Shown: one piece after another, positions 19,746 to 28,669 of the stretch
Layout of the letters: the number at the start of each line of letters is the position of its first letter
Numbering within the stretch: position 1 is the first letter of the stretch
NCBI GenBank assembly: GCA_963787695.1
Contig: CAWBDX010000003.1
Coordinates: forward strand, 254,973 to 318,972
DNA from: an uncultured Gammaproteobacteria bacterium
GTDB taxonomy: Bacteria; Pseudomonadota; Gammaproteobacteria; Steroidobacterales; Steroidobacteraceae
Length of the DNA stretch: 64,000 nucleotides
Reading direction: 5' to 3'
Program-made: the position numbers and the translations under genes
The notes under the pieces: model-generated
Told to the model about the DNA's origin: nothing
Seen by the model: the letters and a program-made list of their open reading frames with translations, nothing else
Database searches by the model: none

Positions 19746-19797
19746 ACTATTCTTATAGTTATGTTGGCACCCTATCTCACTCATGTCAACTATAGTT
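19746..19797. promoter_or_regulatory. Two operator-like dyads upstream of the blaI-like gene
   Basis: ACTAT-N4-ATAGT at 19746-19759. A perfect 10-bp palindrome AACTATAGTT at 19788-19797 is followed by a TAGTTATA direct repeat. Both sit in an AT-rich gap between divergent genes. Confidence 0.45.
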
Positions 19798-19952
19798 ATA
19801 GTTATATTGCCAAGCGGCATTTTTGACCTTAGATTGAGCGCATCGTCCTCGACCACGGAGGTCGGCGTGGAAGTATGCCTGCGCATGTTTGAGGCGAGCG
19901 ATTTACGATCGCCCGTAAGCTGGGTCCAGCGCATTGGAAGCGATCAGGTTGC

Positions 19953-20939
19953 GTGATTAAGTTGCGCAACAAATGGATTTCGAAGTTGCCGATAAGCGTT
20001 TGTCTGCTGCTTGCCGCTCCAACAATGGCGATCGACAAGTTGGGGCTGAGGCAATACACGCTGACGCGCTTCGACGGCAGCGACATCCGTTATTACCTAG
20101 GCAGACGGGGGATTACCAAACCCCAACCCTTACTGGTAATCATGCAAGGCTCGGACTGCAACTCCGTGCTGAATAACCCGAGAATCAAGGAGATCGCCGC
20201 AATAGCGCCGGCCGCGGCCGTGCTGCTGGTGGAGAAATACGCCATTACTGCAGAGCTTCCGTTCAGTAAAGAAACGGCACGCTCGGATTGCCCGGACTCC
20301 TACCTAAAAAACAACGTCCCCGAGCAAAGAGTCATGGACTACGCACGAATCGTCGCGGCTCTACGCATCTCAGCCGCCTCCTGGTGGAATCGAAAACTTA
20401 TCATCGTCGGGGGCTCCGAGGGAGCACAGATTGCAGAACAGGTCGCCGCGATCACTCCAGAGACGGATTGCTTGATCGTGTTCGGCTTTGGAGGCCGTCG
20501 CTTCGAAGACGACGTTTTGCAAAGTGTCCGGGATGAGATGAAAGAGGCGGGACTCGACGACAAGGCTACGGAAGAGAAAGTGGTGGTCATGCAAGAGATG
20601 TTCAAGGCGGCACTTAACGATCGCAGTCCCAATGAGATTGCCTCTGGATATTCGCATGCTTGGTGGGCTTCGATGCTGAGAATGGATCAGTCGGCGATGC
20701 TTCGAGCCGTCAGCGTACCGGTGCTCGCGATTCAGGGTGGCCGAGATCACAATGTTTCCATAGCAGGTGCAAGAGCACTCATGAGTCCATTTCGTGCTGG
20801 TGGCAGAGGCAATGTTGAATACATAGAGTATCCCGGCCTTGACCATGTCTTCACAGATGCCGACGGCACTTCGCATTGGGATCGGGTGATCCGCGACATC
20901 TCGGTCTGGCTTAAGCAGCAATCCACCGCGCATCCATGA
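19953..20939 (+). CDS. Secreted alpha/beta hydrolase
   Basis: Signal peptide (LLLAAPTMA), nucleophile elbow GGSEGA, and a C-terminal GLDHVF His region. GTG start. Confidence 0.75.
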   Translation: MIKLRNKWISKLPISVCLLLAAPTMAIDKLGLRQYTLTRFDGSDIRYYLGRRGITKPQPLLVIMQGSDCNSVLNNPRIKEIAAIAPAAAVLLVEKYAITAELPFSKETARSDCPDSYLKNNVPEQRVMDYARIVAALRISAASWWNRKLIIVGGSEGAQIAEQVAAITPETDCLIVFGFGGRRFEDDVLQSVRDEMKEAGLDDKATEEKVVVMQEMFKAALNDRSPNEIASGYSHAWWASMLRMDQSAMLRAVSVPVLAIQGGRDHNVSIAGARALMSPFRAGGRGNVEYIEYPGLDHVFTDADGTSHWDRVIRDISVWLKQQSTAHP

Positions 20940-21155
20940 ATCCGTTGCCTGTGTTTACCACGGCTGCTGCAACAACTTGGCCACGCCCTCGCCCTCCGGG
21001 CTGCCACCCCCTCTCCCAACCGTCGCGTCCTTTTTCGGGCCAAACTTCTGATTCGACACTCCTGGCTACGCCGGTGATCCTTGAGCCACCTGTGCTTTGC
21101 AAAGATTTGTTAGCGGGCCTTGCGACGAATTTCCCGGGTGATAACGTCACGCGGT

Positions 21156-21983
21156 ATGCACAGCAAAGCCTTAATTGTGGCGGGGCTAATGATCGGCGCG
21201 GTGCAGAGCCGCGCAGAAACCAGGCAGGCGCCTTTGTGGGAATTCGGACTTGGGATTGGTGCAACCGCATTTCAGGATTATCCAGGTTCGGACACGACGC
21301 GCGTATACCCAATACCCATCGCCTACTTCGTTTACAACGGCGCCTTTCTCAGAGCCGACAAGAGTGGCGTGCGCGGTTTACTGATAAACCAGGACTGGCT
21401 GGAACTCAATATCAGCGGCGACATCAACGCTGTGGTACCACATGATAGCGCGCGCTACGGCATGCCAGAATTACGGCCGACAATAGAGCTCGGTCCGGCA
21501 GTGTATTTTCACCTGATTAACCGCGATTCGGGCCGGCTGAAATTGGACCTTCAAGTGCCGATCCGGGCTGCGTTTACGATTTCCGGCTCGCCGCAGTCGA
21601 TCGGCTGGATCGGCGATCCGCGGTTAGTGCTGAAGATTAAAGACACCTTTGGGATGCATGGTTGGGATACCGAACTTGGCAGCGGCCCTATGTTTATCGA
21701 CAAGAAGTACAGCGATTATTATTATTCCGTTGCGCCACAATACGCGACCGCGAGTCGCCCGGCATATACAGCTCCTGGCGGTTACTCCGGAACACAGTTT
21801 GGAATTACGCTCACGAAGCGGTTTTCAAGTGTTTGGTTCGGGGCCTACGTTCATTACGACACGCTTCGCGGTGCGGTGTTCCAAGACAGTCCGCTGGTAG
21901 AGAGGGACTACGATTGGTCGGCGGGATTCGGGTTTGCTTGGATTCTCGGGAGATCTACGCACCTTGTCGAGGTGACCAACTAG
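21156..21983 (+). CDS. MipA/OmpV family outer-membrane protein
   Basis: Trimmed to ATG 21156. Signal peptide, then WEFGLGIGATAFQDYPGSD and alternating beta-strand patterns typical of MipA. Confidence 0.85.
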   Translation: MHSKALIVAGLMIGAVQSRAETRQAPLWEFGLGIGATAFQDYPGSDTTRVYPIPIAYFVYNGAFLRADKSGVRGLLINQDWLELNISGDINAVVPHDSARYGMPELRPTIELGPAVYFHLINRDSGRLKLDLQVPIRAAFTISGSPQSIGWIGDPRLVLKIKDTFGMHGWDTELGSGPMFIDKKYSDYYYSVAPQYATASRPAYTAPGGYSGTQFGITLTKRFSSVWFGAYVHYDTLRGAVFQDSPLVERDYDWSAGFGFAWILGRSTHLVEVTN

Positions 21984-22106
21984 TGACGGGCTCAATCGCC
22001 GTCAGGTTGCATTGCCGCTTTTCGCCGTCTGGCTGAGCCATTCGTGCATCCATGCACTCGCCCGGCGACAGCGAGTTGGCGCGCGAACGATGTCGCCGGC
22101 ACGGAT

Positions 22107-22880
22107 TTAGTGGTGCACCGGTTGCGGACTTGCGGACTTGCGGAACACGACGATGTGCTGCATCGGAAGCCGCTCCGAAGTACGTTCCCAGATGAGCGGG
22201 AGCCCGCTCATTTCGCGGCGGATCTGCACCTCGCTCATTTTGTGTAGCGGCTTGATCGGCACAGCCGGGTCCTCAGCGCGATATTCCACAAGTAGTACCC
22301 GGCCGCCCGGCTTCAGCGCACGAACCAAACTGCGCATGATCTCATAGGGGTAAGCCAGCTCGTGATACACATCGACCATGACCGCTAGGTCGACCGAAGC
22401 AGGCGGCAGCTGCACGTCCTCGGTGCCTCCCTGGATCGGCACGAGGTTCCTATACTCAGGGTTGCGCGACAACTCCGTGAGCAGCGCCACCATCTGCGGC
22501 TGCACGTCAACCGCGAAGACGCGGCCGGGACCAACTATGGGCGCTATGCGCCGCGAGAGGTAACCCGAGCCCGCGCCGATGTCAGCGACGGTCATGCCAG
22601 GCTGCAGGTGCAGTTCCTCCACCAGCAGGTCGGGCCGTTCTTCATTTTCGCGGCTTGGCCGCTCGAGCCACGGCGCGCCCTCGAAACCCATGACCGCAGC
22701 AATCTCGCGTCCCTGATAGAACTTGCCGATGCCGTCGGGGCTGCCGCGACCCTCGCGATAGAGCGGCATCGCGACGGAGTTCTCGGCATTCGCCGCCCGC
22801 AGCGGCGAGGCGAAGGTACCGAGCTCGAGGCAGAGGCTAACGATAATCAATGACGTTCGAGCCAGGCGCGTTCCAAACAT
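22107..22880 (-). CDS. Class I SAM-dependent methyltransferase with an N-terminal signal/anchor
   Basis: SAM motif I (VADIGAGSGYLS). ATG 22880 is preferred over GTG 22925. Confidence 0.85.
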   Translation of the reverse strand: MFGTRLARTSLIIVSLCLELGTFASPLRAANAENSVAMPLYREGRGSPDGIGKFYQGREIAAVMGFEGAPWLERPSRENEERPDLLVEELHLQPGMTVADIGAGSGYLSRRIAPIVGPGRVFAVDVQPQMVALLTELSRNPEYRNLVPIQGGTEDVQLPPASVDLAVMVDVYHELAYPYEIMRSLVRALKPGGRVLLVEYRAEDPAVPIKPLHKMSEVQIRREMSGLPLIWERTSERLPMQHIVVFRKSASPQPVHH

Positions 22881-23036
22881 TGCCACAGTATGGCTCGTCA
22901 CCTCCGCCAACGCGACATTCGCCACACATCACGCCGGCACTGGCTGGTTGCGCACCCAGTCGCCGGGTTGCATGCGTCTTACCCCACCAATTTGGATTAA
23001 CATTACGTATTCACCAGCCACGCAAACGGAGCGGTT

Positions 23037-23804
23037 ATGATTTCGCAAACTACAACTAAAATCGCCATCGTCACCGGCGGCAGTCGCGGCCTGGGGCGAA
23101 ACACCGTGCTCAGCCTTGCCAAGCGCGGCGTCGACACGATATTTACCTATAACTCAAATCGCGAAGCAGCCGACAAAGTCGTCGGTCAAGTCGGCGAGAC
23201 CGGCCGCAAAGCCACCGCCCTGCAACTTGACACCAGTAACTTGAGCGACTTCGACCCGTTCGTGCACAGCGTGCGTCGCACGCTGGCAGAGCGGGGAGCG
23301 AAGTGCTTTGATTTCCTCGTCAATAATGCCGGCACCTCGCTACACAAGGCGTTCGACCAAACGAGCGAGCAGGAGCTGGATAGGATCTACAATATTCACT
23401 TTAAAGGCGTGTTCTTTCTGACGCAGAAACTCCTACCGCTCATTAACGATGGCGGCCGAATTGTCAATATCTCGTCGGGCCTGGCGCGCTTTGCGTTGCC
23501 CGGAATGTCCGCGTACGCATCCATGAAAGGCGCGATCGAGGTTCTAACCCGCTACCTGGCGAAGGAACTGGGCCCGCGCGGGATCGCGGTAAACAGCGTT
23601 GCCCCCGGCGCGATCGCGACTGATTTCAGCGGCGGCATGGTTCGCGACAATCCTGAAGTGAACAAACGCGTCGCAGATATGACCGCCCTCGGCCGCGTCG
23701 GTGAGCCCGATGACATAGGCCCGATGATCGCTTCGCTGCTTTCCGAGGATAATCGCTGGATCAACGCCCAACGCATCGAGGTCTCTGGCGGCATGGTAGT
23801 TTAG
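23037..23804 (+). CDS. SDR family oxidoreductase
   Basis: TGGSRGLG cofactor motif, NNAG, and the catalytic S...YxxxK (YASMK). Confidence 0.9.
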   Translation: MISQTTTKIAIVTGGSRGLGRNTVLSLAKRGVDTIFTYNSNREAADKVVGQVGETGRKATALQLDTSNLSDFDPFVHSVRRTLAERGAKCFDFLVNNAGTSLHKAFDQTSEQELDRIYNIHFKGVFFLTQKLLPLINDGGRIVNISSGLARFALPGMSAYASMKGAIEVLTRYLAKELGPRGIAVNSVAPGAIATDFSGGMVRDNPEVNKRVADMTALGRVGEPDDIGPMIASLLSEDNRWINAQRIEVSGGMVV

Positions 23805-23892
23805 CCGGCACTTTTTCTGTCGGCGATACGCCCACGATAAAATTGAGATTACCGCGTCGCATAGATCTCGCCACTCGCCACCTATATGCCGA

Positions 23893-23948
23893 TTGACGGT
23901 ATATCCTTCATCGGTATAATGAGCCTGTCACGATGGTATTTAGTGACA
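23893..23948 (+). promoter_or_regulatory. Sigma-70-type promoter plus inverted-repeat operator candidate for the padR-VOC operon
   Basis: TTGACG (23893-23898), a 16-nt spacer, then TATAAT (23915-23920). TGTCAC (23926-23931) and GTGACA (23943-23948) form an inverted repeat with an 11-nt spacer just before SD GGGAG and ATG 23955. Confidence 0.5.
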
Positions 23949-23954
23949 CGGGAG

Positions 23955-24308
23955 ATGCATTTGGATGGATCGCGTGAACCGTCGGAAGCCAGCTTTGCCC
24001 TTGAGGCTGCGGTGTGGATCATGGTCGCTCTTGCGAACCAACCCAAGCATGGCTACGCCATAATGAAGGATATTTTGGATCTGGGCGGTTTCTCCATGCG
24101 GCCGGGCACGCTTTACGCCGCGCTCGCGCGTATGGAGCGCGCGCGACTGGTCGAGGAAATCCAAACCAGTGATTACCGTCGTCGTCCGTTCAGGCTGACC
24201 GGGCGCGGAAGGGCCCGTCTCGAGGTAGATTTGAAAACGCTCGCTGCGCTGGCCTCGACCGGCCTGCGCCGCCTGAAGGGACGCAAACCCGGCAAGAAAG
24301 GAGCTTAG
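23955..24308 (+). CDS. PadR family transcriptional regulator
   Basis: Trimmed to ATG 23955. PadR signature KHGYAIMKDI...RPGTLYAALARMERARLVEE. Confidence 0.85.
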   Translation: MHLDGSREPSEASFALEAAVWIMVALANQPKHGYAIMKDILDLGGFSMRPGTLYAALARMERARLVEEIQTSDYRRRPFRLTGRGRARLEVDLKTLAALASTGLRRLKGRKPGKKGA

Positions 24309-24310
24309 CT

Positions 24311-24682
24311 ATGAATACAAACGCGTTGTACAGCGAAAGTCAGGTCACCCTGATGGTCCCGGACATGGACGCAGCGGTGCGCTTCTACACAGAGACGCTC
24401 GGTCTTCACCTAAAGACTCGTTACGGAAACGAGTTCGCCGTCGTCGAAGCGCCGGGCCTGACGATCGGATTGCACCCGCTACCGACGGCCCAGTCACCCC
24501 AGGCACATTCGATGTCGATCGGGTTCGGCGTCGAGTCGCTGGAAGCGACGATGCAAAAATTGTCGGCGCGCGGCCTGCGCTTCATCGGCCCGATCCGCGA
24601 AGATCCGCCAATTCGCATCGCTTACTTCGCAGGTCCTGGCGGCACGCCGCTCTACCTGTGCGAACAGGGCGAATGGCGCTAG
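24311..24682 (+). CDS. VOC (glyoxalase/bleomycin-resistance) family protein
   Basis: VPDMDAAVRFYTETLGL pattern. The gene starts 3 nt after the padR stop. Confidence 0.85.
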   Translation: MNTNALYSESQVTLMVPDMDAAVRFYTETLGLHLKTRYGNEFAVVEAPGLTIGLHPLPTAQSPQAHSMSIGFGVESLEATMQKLSARGLRFIGPIREDPPIRIAYFAGPGGTPLYLCEQGEWR

Positions 24683-25139
24683 CGGCGCCCGCCCCGCATT
24701 GAGTACGTCGAGCCGCCACATGGTGGCCTCCATGGGATCTGAGACTCATCACCGCCCTCCGCACCATTCTTTTTGAGCGCCTACTGGCTCGGGCAAGGCC
24801 GCTGCTGTTTTCGCCGCCGATACAGCCACAATAGAATCGCCATCATCGAGCCACCCGGCATCACCAGCTCCAGTGCCGCGTACGGCGCGAGATACCTGAG
24901 CTTCGCAATCACTGCAGGCATTCAGCTACCCTACCAGCATCGCAATCTGCAAACCCAGCACCGTAACGCCGGTGGCCGCGACGGCCAGAAGCCCCTGCCC
25001 GATCCGTTTGATGAAATCGATGTTACTCATGTCTGCACACTCCGTTGGTCGATCGAACAACTACAGACTGCGCTTCGCTCCGATGCACAACAAACGGAAC
25101 ATCTGACGAACTGTTAAGTAACGCTTAACATCGACCGTC

Positions 25140-25176
<37 letters not shown>

Positions 25177-25212
25177 TCGGCGAGGGGATAAAAACGTGAC
25201 CGATCTATGACT

Positions 25213-25228
25213 TGGCACGAATTCTGCT
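25213..25228 (+). promoter_or_regulatory. Sigma-54 (-24/-12)-like promoter element
   Basis: TGGCACG-AATT-CTGCT compared with the consensus TGGCACG-N4-TTGCW. GG and GC have the correct spacing. It lies about 150 nt upstream of the SD-led ORF at 25380. Confidence 0.4.
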
Positions 25229-25379
25229 TCCTCTTTCCACATGTAGTCGTTGTGTAGCCTTGGCGGCATACGGCCGCCGCTGCGACGCTGAAAGCGGCAA
25301 GATCTTGCCGCTACCGCGACGACCGATTGAGGAAACTGACGGAAACCCGTGCTTTATCACCGAGGATATTGGAGGTCTC

Positions 25380-25622
25380 ATGCGATTCTTGAATCCATCC
25401 GACAAGACCGCCGCCATGGATTACAATTCAGCCCTAGCCAGCGCAGTGGCGTGGCTCGGTAATCGCTATCTTCTGGCAATGCCCGCCAAACGATTGACGC
25501 ATTTCGAGCGCTGCAATGCCGGTCTCGCCACCGTGCCGAGTATTCCGCCCCGATCTCGTTCGCAAACAACTAGTTTGGGGACGCTCGCGACCAAAAACCA
25601 GCGAATCCTCTGCACCTGGTGA
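25380..25622 (+). CDS. Hypothetical 80-aa protein
   Basis: ORF 25212..25622 trimmed to ATG 25380, which is preceded by a strong SD (GGAGG, 4-nt spacer). No family recognised. Confidence 0.45.
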   Translation: MRFLNPSDKTAAMDYNSALASAVAWLGNRYLLAMPAKRLTHFERCNAGLATVPSIPPRSRSQTTSLGTLATKNQRILCTW

Positions 25623-25685
25623 TATTCGCTCGCACGGCGGCGCTCGCCCTGGGCATGCGCGGAACCTCGGAACGCGCAGCCTCGA

Positions 25686-28493
25686 TCAATGGTGGCGAGT
25701 CTGAAGTTGCTCGAGTATGCGCTTCAGCGCCTCCAATTTCTGACCCGCCTCGGCAAGCTTTCCAGCAGCGGTGAGTTGCTGATACTCGTTGAAGTTCTGG
25801 GCTGCCTCGGCAATCAATGCGTTGACGTCGCCCGAAACCGCTGATGCCGCGGATGACGCGCTCGCCGACTGCGGCGCGAGAACCGGCGCGACCTGCGCGC
25901 TGAGCATGGACGGCGCCGTCCCTAATAGGGCGGCCATCGCCGATTCAAACGTCGGCCCGTAAGCCAGTCGGTCCTGAACCGCGAGCACCACCAAGCGCAG
26001 CTCAGGCATGGGACTGCGGTCTGCTTGCAGGTAGATGGGCTCCGCGTAGAGCAGCGCTCGGCCTATCGGGATGACGATCAGACTGCCGCGGCGCACGTGC
26101 GAACCTTGCTGGTTCCACAATGTCAGCTGACCCGACAACTGCGCATTCTGGTCGATGCGCGCTTCGATCTGCAATGGTCCGTCTATTAGCTTGGTCTTGG
26201 GAAAGTCGTAGACCACAGCCTCACCATAGTGTTCGCCGTCGCTGCGACCTGCAATCCAACCAATCAGGTTGTTGCGATTGGCCGGCGTGAACGGCAGGAT
26301 CGCGATGAATTCGACTGCTCGTTCGCCAGGTAGAGTCATCAGCACGAAGTTCGGTTCCATGACCTGTTGGCGCTGATTGTTTTCAGAGGCGACACTCCAA
26401 AGGTCCTCGCGGTTGTAGAACACATCGGGATTGGTCATGTGGTAAAGACCATAGACGGCGGCCTGTACGTTCAACAAGAGTTCCGGGTACCGCACATGCT
26501 TACGCACCGCAGCCGGCATCGCTGCCGCGTCGACGAACAAACCGGGAAACAGAGCCCGATAGGCGGCGATGATCGGATCCTGCGTATCGAACACATAGAA
26601 TGTCGTCTCGCCGGTGTACGCATCGATCAGGATTTTGACGCTGTTGCGAATGTAGTTGATGGGCTCATTGCCGAGCAGGTAACGGCGCGCGAATGGGTAG
26701 GCGTCGGATGTCGTGAAGGCGTCCATCAGCCAGCGGATTCGGCCGTCCTCGCCGACCACGACGTAGGGGTCCGCATCGAGTGTAAGGAACGGTGCGAGCT
26801 CATGGACGCGCTCGCTCAGCTTACGACGCATCAACAATCGACTCTCCGAATTCACATCGTCGCTAAACGGCAGTTTCGCGATATCGCCGCGATCGAACGC
26901 GATCAGCGTGCGTCGCAGTAAGCCGCCCAGCCGAATGCCGCCGCTACCCTGGTACGAGGTCAAACTATTGGCGTCGCCTTGCGGGTAGTCGAATTCTTTT
27001 TGGCGAGTCTTGACGTAGACGTCGGTGCTGGTCAGTTCGCCGAAATAAATTTCCGGGCGCGTCACGTTGAGACCCGGAATCGTGCTCTGGATCGGCATGT
27101 TGCTGAGCACCAGTGTCGGCAGCCCTTCGGACGTAAAGCCGTTCACCGGGTTCATAGTCACGCCGTACCCGTGGGTATAGATCAGCTTCTCATTTATCCA
27201 GTTGCGGCTGCTTGGCGGCAGCTTTTCCACATTGAGTTCGCGTGTGGCGAGCATCATTTGCCGGACCGAGCCGCCGATCTGATAGCGATCGATGTCGATA
27301 TCCGGAAAGTCGTAGTAAGTCCGAATTTCCTGAATCTGCCGCAGGGTATCCTGCAGCGGCCGCCAGTCCCATAGCCTTATGTTTTCGAGCGTTGTCTGGT
27401 TGTTGGCCGGCTCCACCGCCTCAATGCCCGTGTCGGCGGGAAATGCGCGGGTCTCGATGCGGTCGAGCGCGTAAGCCCGCCGTGTCATTTCTATGTTGTG
27501 AGCAATGAAGGGCCGCTCTCGCACCAACTGGTTCGGTTGGACGATGAAGCTGCTGACGTACCAGCCCACGACGCCGACGGTGATGTAGCAGAAGACGGCC
27601 GGTGCCACGGACACCACAAGCCACCTCCTCGGGAGTAAAAAGATTGCGCAACCTCCCGCCAAGGCCGCGCCGGCGATTAATGCGGCGCAAACGATCAGCA
27701 TGCCGGTCAAGGTGACGTGAGCGTCGGTGTATGTAACGCCTGAGAAAATAGTGCCATCCTGGAACAGCCGCTCGAAGCGTCCCAAGTACACGCGCGCCGC
27801 GAGGCTTAGCAGCACCGCCGCGATACCGATCGACAACCCACGCCACAGCCTCGCCTGATCCGCGGCAATGGGGCGCTCCCTCAACACCCGGGCGCCGCCG
27901 GCGAGGGTCACGAATAACACAGCGACCGCGCAGCCGATTAGGGTCAATGTCAGCAGCCAGCCGGCCATGAGCTGCCAGGCTGGCAGCGTAAACAAGTAAA
28001 AGTCCAGCGATCGCCCAAAAATGGGGTCGAGCATGGTGGCGCGACGCGGCGCCTCCCAGTACAGGGCCAAGGTCATCCAGCGCGCCGTCATGCTGGCCCC
28101 GGTTAAGGCCGCGATTATCGCGGACACGCCGATCCCAATCAGGTTGAGGAAGCGTGCGACCGGCAGCGCGACCGGCCGTCGGTTGACGAGAACAGTGGCC
28201 CCCATCAGTGCATCGAGCCGATCGGGTTTTAACGTCCGGAATGTTCCATAGACCACCAGAAAAGTCAGGAGGGTAAAGGCTCCGAAAGTCGCGGCCTGAA
28301 GGCTCAGCCGCGTCCAGAACACCGACGCAAAGCCAAGCGATGCGAACCACAGCGCATCAACGTAGTAGGACGCTGCCGTGCTGGCGCCAAAAAGTACAAG
28401 TCCCAAGACAGCAAGCAGTACCAGACGCGCCATTCCGCGACGACGCGGCCGCATGCGGATTGCTATGTCACTACGGTCGTCCTTGTTGCCCAT
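25686..28493 (-). CDS. UPF0182 family large membrane protein
   Basis: 935 aa with about 7 N-terminal TM helices (YYVDALWFASLGF...), then a large extracytoplasmic domain and a C-terminal coiled segment. This architecture is characteristic of UPF0182. Confidence 0.9.
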   Translation of the reverse strand: MGNKDDRSDIAIRMRPRRRGMARLVLLAVLGLVLFGASTAASYYVDALWFASLGFASVFWTRLSLQAATFGAFTLLTFLVVYGTFRTLKPDRLDALMGATVLVNRRPVALPVARFLNLIGIGVSAIIAALTGASMTARWMTLALYWEAPRRATMLDPIFGRSLDFYLFTLPAWQLMAGWLLTLTLIGCAVAVLFVTLAGGARVLRERPIAADQARLWRGLSIGIAAVLLSLAARVYLGRFERLFQDGTIFSGVTYTDAHVTLTGMLIVCAALIAGAALAGGCAIFLLPRRWLVVSVAPAVFCYITVGVVGWYVSSFIVQPNQLVRERPFIAHNIEMTRRAYALDRIETRAFPADTGIEAVEPANNQTTLENIRLWDWRPLQDTLRQIQEIRTYYDFPDIDIDRYQIGGSVRQMMLATRELNVEKLPPSSRNWINEKLIYTHGYGVTMNPVNGFTSEGLPTLVLSNMPIQSTIPGLNVTRPEIYFGELTSTDVYVKTRQKEFDYPQGDANSLTSYQGSGGIRLGGLLRRTLIAFDRGDIAKLPFSDDVNSESRLLMRRKLSERVHELAPFLTLDADPYVVVGEDGRIRWLMDAFTTSDAYPFARRYLLGNEPINYIRNSVKILIDAYTGETTFYVFDTQDPIIAAYRALFPGLFVDAAAMPAAVRKHVRYPELLLNVQAAVYGLYHMTNPDVFYNREDLWSVASENNQRQQVMEPNFVLMTLPGERAVEFIAILPFTPANRNNLIGWIAGRSDGEHYGEAVVYDFPKTKLIDGPLQIEARIDQNAQLSGQLTLWNQQGSHVRRGSLIVIPIGRALLYAEPIYLQADRSPMPELRLVVLAVQDRLAYGPTFESAMAALLGTAPSMLSAQVAPVLAPQSASASSAASAVSGDVNALIAEAAQNFNEYQQLTAAGKLAEAGQKLEALKRILEQLQTRHH

Positions 28494-28669
28494 GTTCTCG
28501 GTTCAGCCTCGGATCCGCAGCGCGCGAGGTCTCGATCATTTCGACCCCGCGCGCCATAACGCCGCATTCTGCGCTACAGCGCTCCTGTTTGTCCCGTTAG
28601 GATCGCAGCGCTCACCGAGCACAGCCAGGCTTTCCCTACGATTTGCAAGCTTCCATCGCGTGCCGCAGC

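Noticed and set aside
24773-25117. 114-aa plus-strand ORF in the VOC-UPF0182 gap.
   Set aside because: It has a TTG start, no SD and no protein-like features. The opposite strand encodes two hydrophobic mini-ORFs with an SD. Neither option is proven, so it is reported only as a finding.
27421-28350. 309-aa alternative-frame ORF inside the UPF0182 gene.
   Set aside because: It lies on the same strand in a shifted frame and its translation is Arg/Gly-rich. The UPF0182 frame is continuous and family-like over 935 aa.
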